Shown piece by piece: positions 13,651 through 26,008 of a stretch of DNA of 64,000 nt; position 1 is the stretch's first letter; every line of letters begins with the position of its first letter. This DNA comes from Ruditapes philippinarum (lineage: Eukaryota), in the NCBI RefSeq assembly GCF_026571515.1, contig NW_026861766.1:1-64000 (forward strand). Direction: 5' to 3'. Both the position numbers and the translations under genes were made by a program. The notes under the pieces were generated by a model, which saw only the letters and a list, made by a program, of their open reading frames with translations, did not search any database and was not told the origin of the DNA.

Positions 13651-15856
13651 TTAGACATTGAGAAAGGACGTAGTTTACTTTTTAAAAGACTAAACTACTT
13701 GAATAAACAAAAGATTGCATATTCGCCTAGAATCTAGGTTTAGTAAAAAATATAGGCAAAAGAGAACAATCGTTGATCACAGAATCCTTCAAAATAGCCT
13801 ATTGCAAATATTTGTGATACGTTTGAAAAATTAGCGCACTTTTCACTCAGTTTATCTGTTTTATAACTTAAATGTTAATTATTTTAATGAATTACATGTC
13901 GCACACGTTTTGCCTGTCTTGCAAAATATATTTCCGCTGCGTTCGTAGCGCAAAATAATCTCCGTTGCGTATTTTAGTGATACCTCTTGGTAAGGGTTAA
14001 GGGAGAACTGCCTCTTATAGTAGGCATGGTTAAGGCTTTGTAACTTGTAATTAAATAATTCGTCAAGTTGTATTGACCATAATTGTCCTGGTCCCCCCCC
14101 CCCATCCCCGTTAACGAAGACTAAATGCTAGCATATTGAATTTGGCGACAATTTAAGGCGGAGACGAACTTCAACAGAGGCGGAGCAAATGAAGTGAGTG
14201 TACCCCTGACACGGAATATACCATATAGTGGATCTGCCAATACGTTTGTATAGGAAATATAAAAATAGGGTTACCGGGATTCGAACCTGCGACTGGTTGC
14301 CGCCATTAATTTTTCTAAGTGCAATAATCTCCGGGCTTTTGCGCGAGAAACCCAGAGTTAGGGTCACAAAGAATTGTTACCATGACACAGGATAAACTAT
14401 ATAGTGGACCCAGGAAATTAAAATTTCCATTGCCTGAAATTCGTATACAGTGGCTCTAAACTTTAAAAAGCCCCTGTTGTGTCTCTGGCATGGTGTTGAG
14501 AGTGAATCGACCCGCCAATGTGAGGGTGTGAGTTCTAACCCGCACTCCAGAGCATGCCCATTGATTGATTGATTGGCTCATTATGCTGGGGTTTACATTT
14601 TGTGACGGCATAGAAAGGAAAAGCGACACAAATATTACATTCAGATGCCTGTTCATTGGTTACTTTTTCTGGGGTTTCATATTGTGACAGCAGAGAACGT
14701 TTTTTTGTTTTTTTTGTTTGTTTGACTACGATACAAAAGAGAAAGAACAACGAAGCACTCGGCAATCTGATTTATACCCGGGAGCTACGCCCCTTTGTAC
14801 AAATAAGATAGCCTCGTGTTTCGAAGCTCTTTCTATTACTTATCTCCTCCACGGTATTACTTTGACAGTACTGATGTCTTTTTCAGAGGTAACGGAAAAT
14901 GGCCGCCCAGGGCGGGATCATCCTTAAGGTTAGTTCTACCTTCCTTAAACATTGACACCCGTCAGGCAATTTTACCCTATGGAAGGGAATTTTTCCGATC
15001 CGTTTTTATTTCTGATGCGCATTTACACAAATAACCCACGCATTTTTTGTTCCTCTCTCAAATCACAATGCAACTCAGCCATGTTAACAACCAGTTTACA
15101 AAACCACGTGCATTTAAATGACATGCTAAAATGTTATTGCACGTGCAAATCGTGCGAAAATAGACTGTGGGTTAAAAAAAAATCAATAATCTTTCTAACG
15201 GTATATTATCAATGTACTTTCATTTGCAAATCATGGTTAAATTGAGTTGTTGCCACTTATAAGAATATGTCCCGAGCAAATTAATGTATTTCTATTAGAA
15301 TACTTTGTTAATATGACTTTCTCCTATGTTAGGTATGTTTTCTTTTAGTACATGTGCACTTTTCATTATTTTGTACATGTATTATGTTGTTATCATGTCA
15401 TCATGGGTTTATAACCCTTATTAAAAGTATGAAATATATGTAATAAGATAAAATAATATTAATGAATAATGAAAAAATGTGTATCTGTTTTGTTTTGTTT
15501 TATTGTTTTTTTGTTATTTTTTTTGTTGTTTTGTTTTTCTAATATCTCTTAAATATTAATATATTGTACTACGGTACTCAGTAGCAAAAAAAAACAAAAA
15601 AACAACAACAAAAAAATCACCATGACAAATTTTATACATTTATCACATGCAAATTGATCTTAACTTTAATTGAATTAACCTGATGTAACTAGTAGCTATT
15701 TTTAGCAACTCGGCTTATATTATACATGTGCCTGTATAGCGTATCGGTTTTTCCGTATCTAAAAATAGTAACATATCGTTCAAATCATAGTCATATGAGA
15801 GGAGTTCATAAATAATGTATAAAATACTTAACTAATATACGGAAGTGTTGTCTTAA

Positions 15857-16042
15857 ATGGCGACTGAAAATATTGTTGATCGGATACAGGACTCGTTTTT
15901 GTCGTGTACGATATGTTTTCAGCCATATAATAAACCGAAGGCATTGCCGTGTCTTCATACGTTCTGTGAGGGCTGTTTGAGGGATTATGTGACGTCAAGA
16001 TTCGAGGATACAGGACAGTTTCCGTGTCCATTATGTCGCCAG
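15857..16042 (+). CDS. RING-NHL (TRIM2/3-like) protein, exon 1: C3HC4 RING finger
   Basis: AAATGGCG start. CTIC-x11-CLHTFCEGC-x16-CPLC RING resembling TRIM2/3 (PKALPCLHTFC). Donor CAG|GTTAGT, phase 0. Confidence 0.92.
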
Positions 16043-16592
16043 GTTAGTGGTGCAATTTTCAATTTCCTTCCTCGAATACCGCAGCAAATATTGTCATATA
16101 CACTTAAATGATACATATAAAATATGTGATGGTACTTTTAGTTACGCTTTTTTATTTAGTATATTTACCTTTCAATCTTTCAGTTTGAAAGTGATGTCAA
16201 GTTTATTAAAGATGTGTGTATTTATCCGACAATACATATGGAAATGAACTGATAATAAACATATTCGAAATTGTTGATATACATGTCTGTTATTATTTAA
16301 AATAATGATAACTTAAAATTGTTCTCCAATATCTGATAAAAAAATAAACACGCTGAATCGTTTATTCGTATTTGTCTGTCTTTAATTTCTCCATCCAATT
16401 AATGTGTTTAATTTATAAAAACAATGGTCATATATGTTGCTCAGCAATTACATTTAGTACTTCTAGTTTTAATAATATTAACAAATGTATCTGTATCATG
16501 AAAATTAGTCATCAAAATATTTAAGATTAATGAAGATAAAGTATGTTAATCTTGCTATTGTCAAATGTATTCGTATGTTTTGTATATTGTAG

Positions 16593-17654
16593 ACTATATT
16601 CGTACCCCATGGTGGAGTTTCATCCTTCCCTGACAACCATTTTATTGTTGGTCTCGGGGATACCGTAAGTACATATGATGTTCGTGGAAAGTTACAGCGC
16701 AATCACGAATCCACCCCATTGCTATCTGGCACAAAAACCGAACACTTTGCACCAGAGACGTCAAATAAGCTAATCCGAAGATTTGGTAACTATGGCACCC
16801 AGTCGCACGAGTTTATTCAAGTTACAGGAATAACTGTCTCACCCGTTACTGATGATATATTTTTATCTGATTCAGTCTTGAATAAAATTTCAACATTCTC
16901 ATCATCTGGGATATTTCGTGGTAGCTTTCAATGTGACTGTTCTGTGAGAGATATTGAAATAACACGTGGAGGAACAATACTTGCTTCTGTTAGTCGATCT
17001 GGAAACGCCATTCTACGTGAATATACCACGGACGGACGGATCCTCGCTTTTCATGGAACATTTTATAGTCAGGAAAATCCATTTGGTGTTGCACTGTCGA
17101 AGTCAAATTATGCAGTGATAACAGGACTACGTCAAAATTGTGTCCATGTGCTCACACAAAAGCGAAAACCTTCCGTAAGGTTTGGTTCCCGAGGTAAAGG
17201 CACGCACCATTTCACGTCACCGTATTATGTCACCGTCAACAACAAGGACGAAATTGTGGTGGCTGACACTGGTAACCACAGAGTTAAAGTCCATAAACTA
17301 GACGGTAGTTTTATTCATGCATTTGGAAAGCATGGGTCAAAGCAAGGAGAGCTGTTTTATCCGATGGGAATTTGTGTAGACAAATATGATAATATATACG
17401 TTGCCGATGCTAACAATTATCGTGTTCAAGCTTTTAGTCCGGATGGAGAATTTTTAGGGTACCCAGTTAAGGACACCTTCGAGTACGGCATGGACGTGAA
17501 GCCTGCGAATGTTAGGTTCAGTGAAGACAACGTCCTGCTGGTAGTACTTTCAGGCTCAAAGTTTTGTCAGATCCATACATACTTGTGGGATGTGGAAAAG
17601 CACAAACCTCGTCCGAAATCTAGTTATTTAGATTTATTTTTGTGTTGCAAGTAA
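16593..17654 (+). CDS. RING-NHL (TRIM2/3-like) protein, exon 2: linker + NHL beta-propeller
   Basis: Acceptor TATTGTAG|ACT, phase 0. Continues TIFVPHGGVSSFPDNHF (typical post-RING motif) into NHL repeats (FGSRGKGTHHFTSPYYVTV, VADTGNHRV, FGKHGSKQGELFYPMGICVD, VADANNYRVQ). TAA at 17652-17654. Total 415 aa. Confidence 0.93.
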   Translation, partial: TIFVPHGGVSSFPDNHFIVGLGDTVSTYDVRGKLQRNHESTPLLSGTKTEHFAPETSNKLIRRFGNYGTQSHEFIQVTGITVSPVTDDIFLSDSVLNKISTFSSSGIFRGSFQCDCSVRDIEITRGGTILASVSRSGNAILREYTTDGRILAFHGTFYSQENPFGVALSKSNYAVITGLRQNCVHVLTQKRKPSVRFGSRGKGTHHFTSPYYVTVNNKDEIVVADTGNHRVKVHKLDGSFIHAFGKHGSKQGELFYPMGICVDKYDNIYVADANNYRVQAFSPDGEFLGYPVKDTFEYGMDVKPANVRFSEDNVLLVVLSGSKFCQIHTYLWDVEKHKPRPKSSYLDLFLCCK

Positions 17655-18529
17655 TACGTTTAGTAGAGTAAATGTTACAAGTGATTTTTCAAACTGCTGA
17701 CACTCTTTAAGAGCAACAAACTATATATAAACAAAGCATTTGAGATTTTATTTTCATTTTTATGTTAGGCCTACTGCTTTTTTTAATTACACCATGTTTA
17801 TGAAATGTTAATTTATTTTTGAAAAGTTTAGAATGTTTGTTTAAAACCTTATGACCGGAATGCATATTTCCGCTGGCCTCGTGGGGTTATGAGAACTTCA
17901 GAGTACAGTCTCGAATCTAAGATATTTCACTGGTCAACATTCTTTTCCGGTTTCTAACCAATCAAATACCTAAAATATGAGTTTGATTATCTTCAGATTA
18001 TCTTTGACCTTGGTTCTTTCATTTTGTAAGTACATAATTATATAACATCTTCGTTCATGTAACTACACCCTTTATACTAGGTTATTATATGATCTAAATA
18101 TAGCTGCAATCTCATTGGTGCAAACAGTAGTCAACAGAACTTTTTATAAAATCATATTTACTGGATGTAGTATCATATTCACTGGCTGAATTGGATTTTC
18201 CCAGTCTAAAAATAGATTGAGACTCATATTCAATAATCATACACCGTAGACTGTTAAATACGCGTGTTACTTAAAAAATAATTGTTGCTTTTTGTTCTTT
18301 ATGGCATATTTCTCGATTAAAATATCAATACATTACCATTTTACTTAAAGGCTACACAGTAACGATGAGTATAAACTTGAATTACTTATGTATGCGCAGC
18401 GTTCGCGAAGTCGTTGCACGCCTAACACGTGCGTCTTTTTCCCGCGCTTCAACGAGGCAAAATTTGTACATGTATATAAGGTTGTACTTTTCGTGATTTT
18501 TTTATTTCTTAGCCTATTCATATAATAAA

Positions 18530-18617
18530 ACAATTATTGACTAGTGAGCCATCGGTCAATATGTCATCTGCCGGTGAATATCACATCATATTCAATGGCT
18601 CACTAGTCAATAATTGT
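18530..18617. mobile_element. Short foldback element with perfect 23-bp inverted repeats
   Basis: ACAATTATTGACTAGTGAGCCAT (18530-18552) and ATGGCTCACTAGTCAATAATTGT (18595-18617). Confidence 0.65.
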
Positions 18618-20213
18618 ATAATACATCATTCTTGCTTGATAAACTTTATTCTAAGAGCTTATTGAAATGCGACCTTGACCCCCTAACGACTTCAACGTTT
18701 TCGTAAAATTTTCAGATATTTTTTTTCAAAGTTAGAAAACATCACTTAAATACTAGTTTGAATTAAATTGTTTATGAACATATTTTGTTTTAAAATGTCA
18801 CTAATATATCAACACTTGAACTCCACTTAAATTTTGTACATGAACTTTTATACTTACAACATATTTTAAAATGCTATACGATAGCTGCTAAAAGTTGTCC
18901 ATCTTTCGTGCCAGTGTTATTATATTTTCTGTTCTGTTGTAAAACATAATTATTTCCTTTATACTTGTGCTGTAGGACATAAATGTTTTCACTTTCCATA
19001 ATTTCTAAAAATATGCGGGATCTACCCGCTCCAGAATTGTGTTCGTTATTTATATTAATAAAAGTTTTTAATTAAGTCATTGAATCGTTTATATTAAATG
19101 CATAGTATGTTGATTTCTACTTTTTACATACATATCGATTAATTGATTTTTATGGATCATATATTGGCCTGTAAATCATTTACTTTGGCGTGCGTGCGTG
19201 TGTGATTGCGTACAGTTTCACTGGCTTGTTAATTATCTTTAAGATTATTCAAGACTTTTATACAAGTAATGTAATATTATATATCTTCAATCTTCACATG
19301 ATTTCAATTTAGAAATTTATCATGATACAAATCTTTTTTCGTATTGAACATTGATGATGGTAATTAATATCAAAATGTGCCAGTATTTTTTATAAAGGAT
19401 TAGTGTTTGAAATTATTTGTCGTCTAATAGGATTACAGCATTGAATCGTAACACATTTACTTCAATAAATCTTCTAACTATTAACATGTCTAGTAAATCG
19501 ACGGTTAAACAAATAAATTTTAAACATTTAAGAAAGCATTTACCAAATTAAATTGGCCGAACGGTTTTTACTAATAAACACTAATCTATAAATAATTTTG
19601 CATTTTTATTTAAAACTAGTGTAGTAGGGAATGAATGTCTTCATTTTCCATAATCTCTAAAACACGATAATATATGAGCTCAAACCGTTGTGATAACACT
19701 ATTTATATATATTTATGTTGATAATTAAACAATAGTGTGTACATGATAATGCGAAAATATGATATCAATAAAACAATCGATTTTACAATACTGTCGCGGT
19801 ATAATATTTTACCTCATTATTGTTTATAGATCTACATGTATATAGAACAAAACAGAATATGATTTTATATTTGACTTGTACATAGTACATTATCATACAT
19901 TACGTGATAAAACATCGATTAAAATGTATATAAACAATACATTTTTAAATACTTATTTTCAAATTTATTATTAAGAAACTTTAAAGGTATATATGTTATT
20001 ATTATAGCTAACAAATACATTTGCTGGGTACTAAATATAGGTTACTGTTATTTATTAAGCATTTACAAAAAATAAATTGGCCCGAAGCGTGTGCCAATTT
20101 TTTTTATAAACAGTCTATTTACAAAACTGAATAACAACAGTGGATAATGCAAATCTATGTAACAAAAATTAATTTTAAACAAATATTATATTACACAGTT
20201 TGTGTTATGCTTT

Positions 20214-20400
20214 GAGCCGCGTCACGACAAAACCAACATAGTGGGTTTGCGACCAGCATGGATCCGCGCAGTCTGATCAGGATCCATGCTGTTCGCTTAC
20301 AAACTCTATAACAGGTAGAGAAACTGATAGGATCCGTGCTGTTCGCTTACCAACCCTATTACAAGTAGAGAAACTGATAGCGAACAGCATGACGCGGCTC
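20214..20400. mobile_element. Palindromic MITE (GAG...CTC termini), rearranged copy
   Basis: Same family as 21925, 26009 and 28913. Both arms are internally deleted and the spacer is duplicated. Confidence 0.88.
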
Positions 20401-20984
20401 AAATGCTTATTGTGATGATTACGTAATCCTAATCTTACATAATGTTTTGATGAGCTTGCTATTACGGTGAAATGAACCTCGTTTACAAAGTCTACTTTGA
20501 TATATAAAAATTCTTCATATACTATTATGTACGTTGTCATTATGTCATTTCTGTTTTTAAACTGTGATTAAAAACATTTAGAAAACAAAGCTGGTTGTCT
20601 GTTGTTTAACTGATTTTCTAATGTAAGTATAGTTTCCTTACCTTAGTCTATAGTAAATAGCCGAAGGAGACATTAGAAAACGTCAATGGTGTAATCATAT
20701 GATGTAAGTTCAGATATGTCTTGAAAAAAAGAACCGTACCGAGATGTAACGGTAAACTATAATGATACAACACCAACTTACATTATAAAATATTTTAGCC
20801 GTACAATTTTAGTTTTTGGGGGTTCAAATGTAATAAGTCCTATATTGTCTTGAACATTTTATGTTTTTGTAAAAAGCAAGTTGACGGCCTATCAATGGTC
20901 AACATGGGAAGTAATGCATGTTATGATGACATTCATTCTTAACAAATTTCAGACTGACATATATCATTATAAATAGAAATATTG

Positions 20985-21172
20985 CTATTTCATTGGAACT
21001 TGCGTTTTTATAATCACACCTGTGGTGTTGACATACACTGGTATGGCCGGAAGATTTTCATAATCTGTTGTCCATTCGAGCAGCAGTCCATCTGTATCAG
21101 TGCCATTACCTTCCCCTTTAAAATCACTGTCAGATTCGCCATCATTCCAGTTATACGCTAGACCCTTATTAC
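20985..21172 (-). CDS. Glycosyltransferase-like gene, exon 3 (last)
   Basis: Acceptor TTATGCAG|GT, phase 1. Encodes GNKGLAYNWNDG...LLLEWTTDYENLPAIPVYVNTTG. TAG at 20987-20985. Confidence 0.75.
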
Positions 21173-21435
21173 CTGCATAAATAACAGAAATGAGACTCAA
21201 AATATATGATATGTATATACATATATCATGTTTTATATAACATATTTTTTGTTCGGCATTACCTTTTTCTTTTCTTAGGTTACTTTCTAATTTCATTGTT
21301 TTTATGATAATTATATGCAAATCAAAACAATTTTCCATTTTCCCAGTCTCTAATACTAGATATGTTTTCACATACTAATTTTTTGAAATACTTTGTAAAA
21401 CGATCAGCAATTTAAAAAAGAACACAAACACTTAC

Positions 21436-21868
21436 CTTTAAAATTCGAATACAACGTGAACTGTTTGTTTGTCCGTGTGTACTGAATATATTCCATAGCC
21501 CATCTCAACTGATCGTATTTTTGCCCAGCCGTCACGTGTCTTGATTTCTTAACTGGCAATCCTCGCATTTTTAGGGTATGTTCAGGTGACCAAGCAATGT
21601 ATTGCAGCCATTGTTTGTTGTTCGGTGAGAATCCCGATACACCAAACATGGAGTAAAGAAAGACCTTGTGTTGTATGGAAATGTTTAAACAACAAACACT
21701 ATCACTGTGTCGAATTTGTTTTCCTTGCAAGGCGAAGCCGCTAACGTCACTGCGTTCACCGTAGAGGGAATGAACAAGTTTAAGCCATGAAAAGAAGTAA
21801 GGAGACACTGTAAGATAGTCTTCAAGTATTACGGCTATTTCTTTTGTATTGTTATATGTCCGCCATGT
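21436..21868 (-). CDS. Glycosyltransferase-like gene, exon 2
   Basis: Acceptor CGTTGCAG|ACA, phase 0. Encodes TWRTYNNTKEIAVILEDYLTVSPYFFSWLK...GFALQ...FLYSMFGVSGFSP...FTLYSNFK. Donor G|GTAAGT, phase 1. Confidence 0.82.
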
Positions 21869-21924
21869 CTGCAACGATGAGAGAGTTAACCTTTACAAGA
21901 TCTTTAATGCATAACATTATATTT

Positions 21925-22158
21925 GAGCCGCGCCATGACAAATCCAACATAATGGGTTTGCGACCAACATGGATTCAGACCAGCCTGCGCATCCGCGCAG
22001 TCTGATCAGGATCCATGCTGTACGCTGTCAGTTATCTACTTGTTATAGGATTTGTAAGCGAACAGCATGGATCCTGACCAGACTGCGCGGATGCACAGGC
22101 TGGTCTGGATCCATGCTGGTCGCAAACCCATTATGTTGGTTTTGTCATGGCGTGGCTC
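21925..22158. mobile_element. Palindromic MITE, Sola-like (ATTT target-site duplication)
   Basis: About 100-bp TIRs beginning GAGCCGCGCCATGACAAA, flanked by ATTT on both sides. Spacer is inverted relative to the 26009 and 28913 copies. Confidence 0.92.
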
Positions 22159-22271
22159 ATTTCTTATAGTGAATACATATGATTCTCCAGCATTCAATAC
22201 AACATTTAGGTTTAGCAATTAGGTGAACTAATGATTCTATCATTACAGATAATGTTTGGTGCAAGCTTTCA

Positions 22272-22545
22272 AGTCTTCTGCTTGTTTCAGCATTTAAATC
22301 AATGTTTGATTTTTTCTGCTTGTTTTGGCGTTTAAATGAATGTTTGATTCTTTTCTGCTTGTTTTGGCATTTAAATGAAAGTTTGATTCTTTTCTGCTTG
22401 TTTTGGCATTTAAACAAATGTTTGATTCTTTTCTGCTTGTTTTGGCATTTAAATCAATGTTTGATTCTTTTCTGCTTGTTTTAGCATTTAAATCAATGTT
22501 TGATTCTTTTCCGCTTGTTTTGGCATTGAAATCAATGTTTGATTC
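22272..22545. repeat. 39-bp tandem repeat (~7 copies), AATCAATGTTTGATTCTTTTCTGCTTGTTTTGGCATTTA
   Basis: Period read directly; it produces the KESNIDLNAKTSR repeat ORF. Confidence 0.92.
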
Positions 22546-24755
22546 TTTCATCCAGTCAACGTTTGGTTCGAGCATTGTAGACAACGTTCATGTATTCTAA
22601 CTAATATTTGGTTTTAACATTAAGGTCAATGTTTTGTTCTAACATTATTGTCAATGTTCGGTTCTTGCATTCTAGCCAATGTTTGGTTCTAGCATTCTAG
22701 TCAATGTTCGGTTCTAGCATTTTACTCATTGTTCGGTTATAGCATTCTAGTCAATGTTCGGTTCTAGCATTCTAGTCAATGTTCGGTTTTAGCATTCTAG
22801 TCAATGTTCGGTTCTAGCATTCTAATCAATGTTCGGTTCTAGCATTCTAGTCAATGTTCGGTTTTAGCATTCTAGTCAATGTTCCGTTCTTGTATTCTAG
22901 TCAATGTTCAATTCTTGCATTCTAGTCAATGTTCGGTTCTAGCATTCTAGTCAATGTTCGGTTCTAGCATTCTAGTCAATGTTCGGTTCTAGCATTCTAG
23001 TCAATGTTCGGTTCTAGCATTCTAGTCAATGTTCGGTTCTAGCATTCTAGTCAATGTTCGGTTTTAGCATTCTAGTCAATGTTCGGTTTTAGCATTCTAG
23101 TCAATGTTCCGTTCTTGTATTCGAGTCAATGTTCAATTCTTGCATTCTAGTTAATGTTTGGTTCTAGCATTCTAGTCAATGTTCGGTTTCTAGCATTCTA
23201 GCATTCTAGTCAATGTTCGGTTTTAGCATTGCTAGTCAATGTTCGGTTCTAGCATTCTAGGTCAATGTTCAATTCTTGCATTCTAGTCAATGTTCGGTTT
23301 CTAGCATTCTAGCATTCTAGTCAATGTTCGGTTTTAGCATTCTAGTCAATGTTCGGTTCTAGCATTCTAGTCAATGTTCAATTCTTGCATTCTAGTCAAT
23401 GTTCGGTTCTAGCATTCTAGCATTCTAGTCAATGTTCGGTTTTAGCATTCTAGTCAATGTTCGGTTCTAGCATTCTAGTCAATGTTCGGTTCTTGCATTC
23501 TAGTCATTGTTCGGTTTTAGCATTCTAGTCAATGTTCGGTTTTAGCATTCTAGTCAATGTTCCGTTCTTGTATTCTAGTCACTGTTCAATTCTTGCATTC
23601 TAGTCAATGTTCGGTTCTAGCATTCTAGTCAATGTTCGGTTCTAGCATTCTAGTCAATGTTCCGTTCTTGTATTCTAGTCAATGTTCAATTCTTGCATTC
23701 TAGTCAATGTTCCATTCTTGTATTCTAGTCAATGTTCGGTTCTAGCATTCTAGTCAATGTTCGGTTATAGCATTCTAGTCAATGTTCGGTTCTAGCATTC
23801 TAGTCAATGTTCCGTTCTTGTATTCTAGTCAATGTTCAATTCTTGCATTCTAGTCAATGTTCGGTTCTAGCATTCTAGTCAATGTTCGGTTCTAGCTTTC
23901 TAGTCAATGTTCCGTTCTTGTATTCTAGTCAATGTTCAATTCTTGCATTCTAGTCAATGTTCGGTTCTAGCATTCTAGTCAATGTTCGGTTCTAGCATTC
24001 TAGCATTCTAGTCAATGTTCGGTTCTAGCATTCTAGTCAATGTTCGGTTCTAGCATTCTAGTCAATGTTCGGTTCTAGCATTCTAGTCAATGTTCGGTTC
24101 TTGCATTCTAGTCAATGTTCGGTTATAGCATTCTAGTCAATGTTCGGTTCTAGTATTCTAGTCAATGTTCGGTTATAGCGTTCGGTTATAGCATTCTAGT
24201 CAATGTTCGGTTCTAGCATTCTAGTCAATGTTCGGTTCTAGCATTCTAGTCAATGTTTGTTTCTAGCATTCTAGTCAGCGTTTGGTTCTAGTTTTCTAGG
24301 CAATATTAGGTTGTAGTATATCCTTGTCAACGTTTTGCTCTTGTCAAAAACAATGTTTGGTTAGCATTCTAGATTACGTTTTATTCAAGCAATCTACTCA
24401 ATGTTTGATACTAGCATTTTTGTCAACGCTTGTTTCAAACATTCAACTCAATGTTTGGTTCCAGCATTCAACTCAATGTTTGGTTCCAGCATTTAACTCA
24501 ATGTTTGGTTTTTGCCTTTAATTCAACGTTTGGTCCTAGCATTCAACTCAATGTTTGGTTTTTGCCTTTAATTCAACGATTGGTCCTAGTATTCAACTCA
24601 ATGTTTGGTCCTAGCATTCAACTCAACGTTTTGTCCTAGCATTCAACTCAACTTTTGGTCCTAGCATTCAACTCAACTTTTGGTCCTAGCATTCAACTCA
24701 ACGTTTGGTCCTAGCATTCAACTCAATGTTTGGTTCCAGCATTCAACTCAATGTT
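22546..24755. repeat. 25-bp tandem array, TCTAGTCAATGTTCGGTTCTAGCAT grading into CATTCAACTCAATGTTTGGT(T/C)C(C/T)AG
   Basis: Period of 25. Homogeneous core about 22680-24260, degenerate edges, and a second variant about 24430-24755. Confidence 0.96.
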
Positions 24756-24782
24756 CAAAACATATTGAAAAAGAAAACTTAC

Positions 24783-25273
24783 GTAAAACCATTGTCCTGT
24801 TTTACCCTCTTGCTGGTTGTTTATATGAATGTCACATGGTCCGTAGTCAAATACAAAATCTAACGCCATTTTTACGGTTTCTGCCGAGTATTCCCGATTG
24901 TGATCCTGTCTAGCCATATTTCTATGGCGACTTTATGTCTACCATACACGACTTTATTTAAAGACTTCAGTAAGCGTAACAATGACTTCGGTTTATCGTT
25001 TGCAACTATTATAATCCTTAGATCCAGATTTGTCCGGAGAAAGTTTCGTTCAACTGGTAAACACTGTCTTGGATTTTTTAATTTGTCATTGATTTCACTT
25101 TTTTTGCTGTCTGTTTGTTTGATTTGATGTTCAATTTCTATTTCTTGACTTGGAAATGTACGTGCATATACCAACATAGTTATTAAACAAAAACAGAAAA
25201 GAAAAAGTGTCCGAGGTAATCTTCGTGTAGCTTTCAAATTGTAAGTTAGTCGGGATACGCTTCGTCGGTGCAT
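24783..25273 (-). CDS. Glycosyltransferase-like type II membrane protein, first coding exon (1-nt frameshift near 24905; pseudogene or assembly error)
   Basis: ATG at 25273, directly after an acceptor-like TTTTACCAATAG. TM anchor LFLFCFCLITMLVYA. DLRIIIVANDKPKSLLRLLKSLNKVVY...EIWLDR continues in another frame as DHNREYSAETVKMALDFVFDYG...GKTGQWFY. Donor TAC|GTAAGT, phase 0. Confidence 0.78.
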
Positions 25274-26008
25274 CTATTGGTAAAACAATTGTAAAGCATG
25301 TTAATTAACTCCTATGCATGTGACCAGTGCATACCAAGTTCAGCCAATTATTTATAACGTGCAATCTTAACATGTTAAGGTCGACTGAAAACATGATACT
25401 TTGATAAAAAGTTAACTTATAATAGATTTACTATATATATAGTATAGTATTATAATTCGATTTTTTTCTTCATAATCAAATATAACAATGTCTGCATAAT
25501 GCAAGCCTGAAATCTGAAATTATATGAATACAAATTGAATAGCATACCATTTAGATAATTGGAAACACCGTTTTGTTTAGTCCTTTTTTAATCATAGCTA
25601 TAAAACAAGTGGTTTAATATTCAAAAGATACATATTGTCAATTTTCACCACTGTTAAAATAAATGCTACAACATCGCCATATGTGTTTCGACTACACTGT
25701 AACATCTTTTTCGTATCAATTCAATTATTTTGCCAGCTGTTCGAAATAAATCATATGAAAAAAAAATCATATGAAATCAATAAAAAGTCATTTTAAAAGT
25801 ACTGTCGATGGATAAATGCTTTTTACTCTTCCAATATTGAAGAACATAAGCTAGATTCAAAGAGTATAATTACGATTATTTTTTTCCAGCATAATTACAA
25901 TGAATAATTTCCAGGCGATATGTAAAAAAATAAAAAAAAACAATTAATGAACTCAAAGATGAGAAATGAGATAACATTAGTTTCCCTTGTTTTTTCTCTT
26001 CATAAAAT

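Noticed and set aside
10281-13661. Long repetitive ORFs on both strands (MLPVGENLV, GKSGDVTSR, FPRLVTSPD)
   Set aside because: These follow from a 27-bp unit divisible by three. Frames switch often through indels and no splice context is evident.
16665-16697. GTAAGT...TTACAG in-frame mini-intron within RING-NHL exon 2
   Set aside because: Only 33 nt with no pyrimidine tract, and the frame is open through it.
22157-24913. Short ORFs in the 39-bp and 25-bp arrays
   Set aside because: Satellite-derived and located inside an intron bounded by good GT-AG sites.
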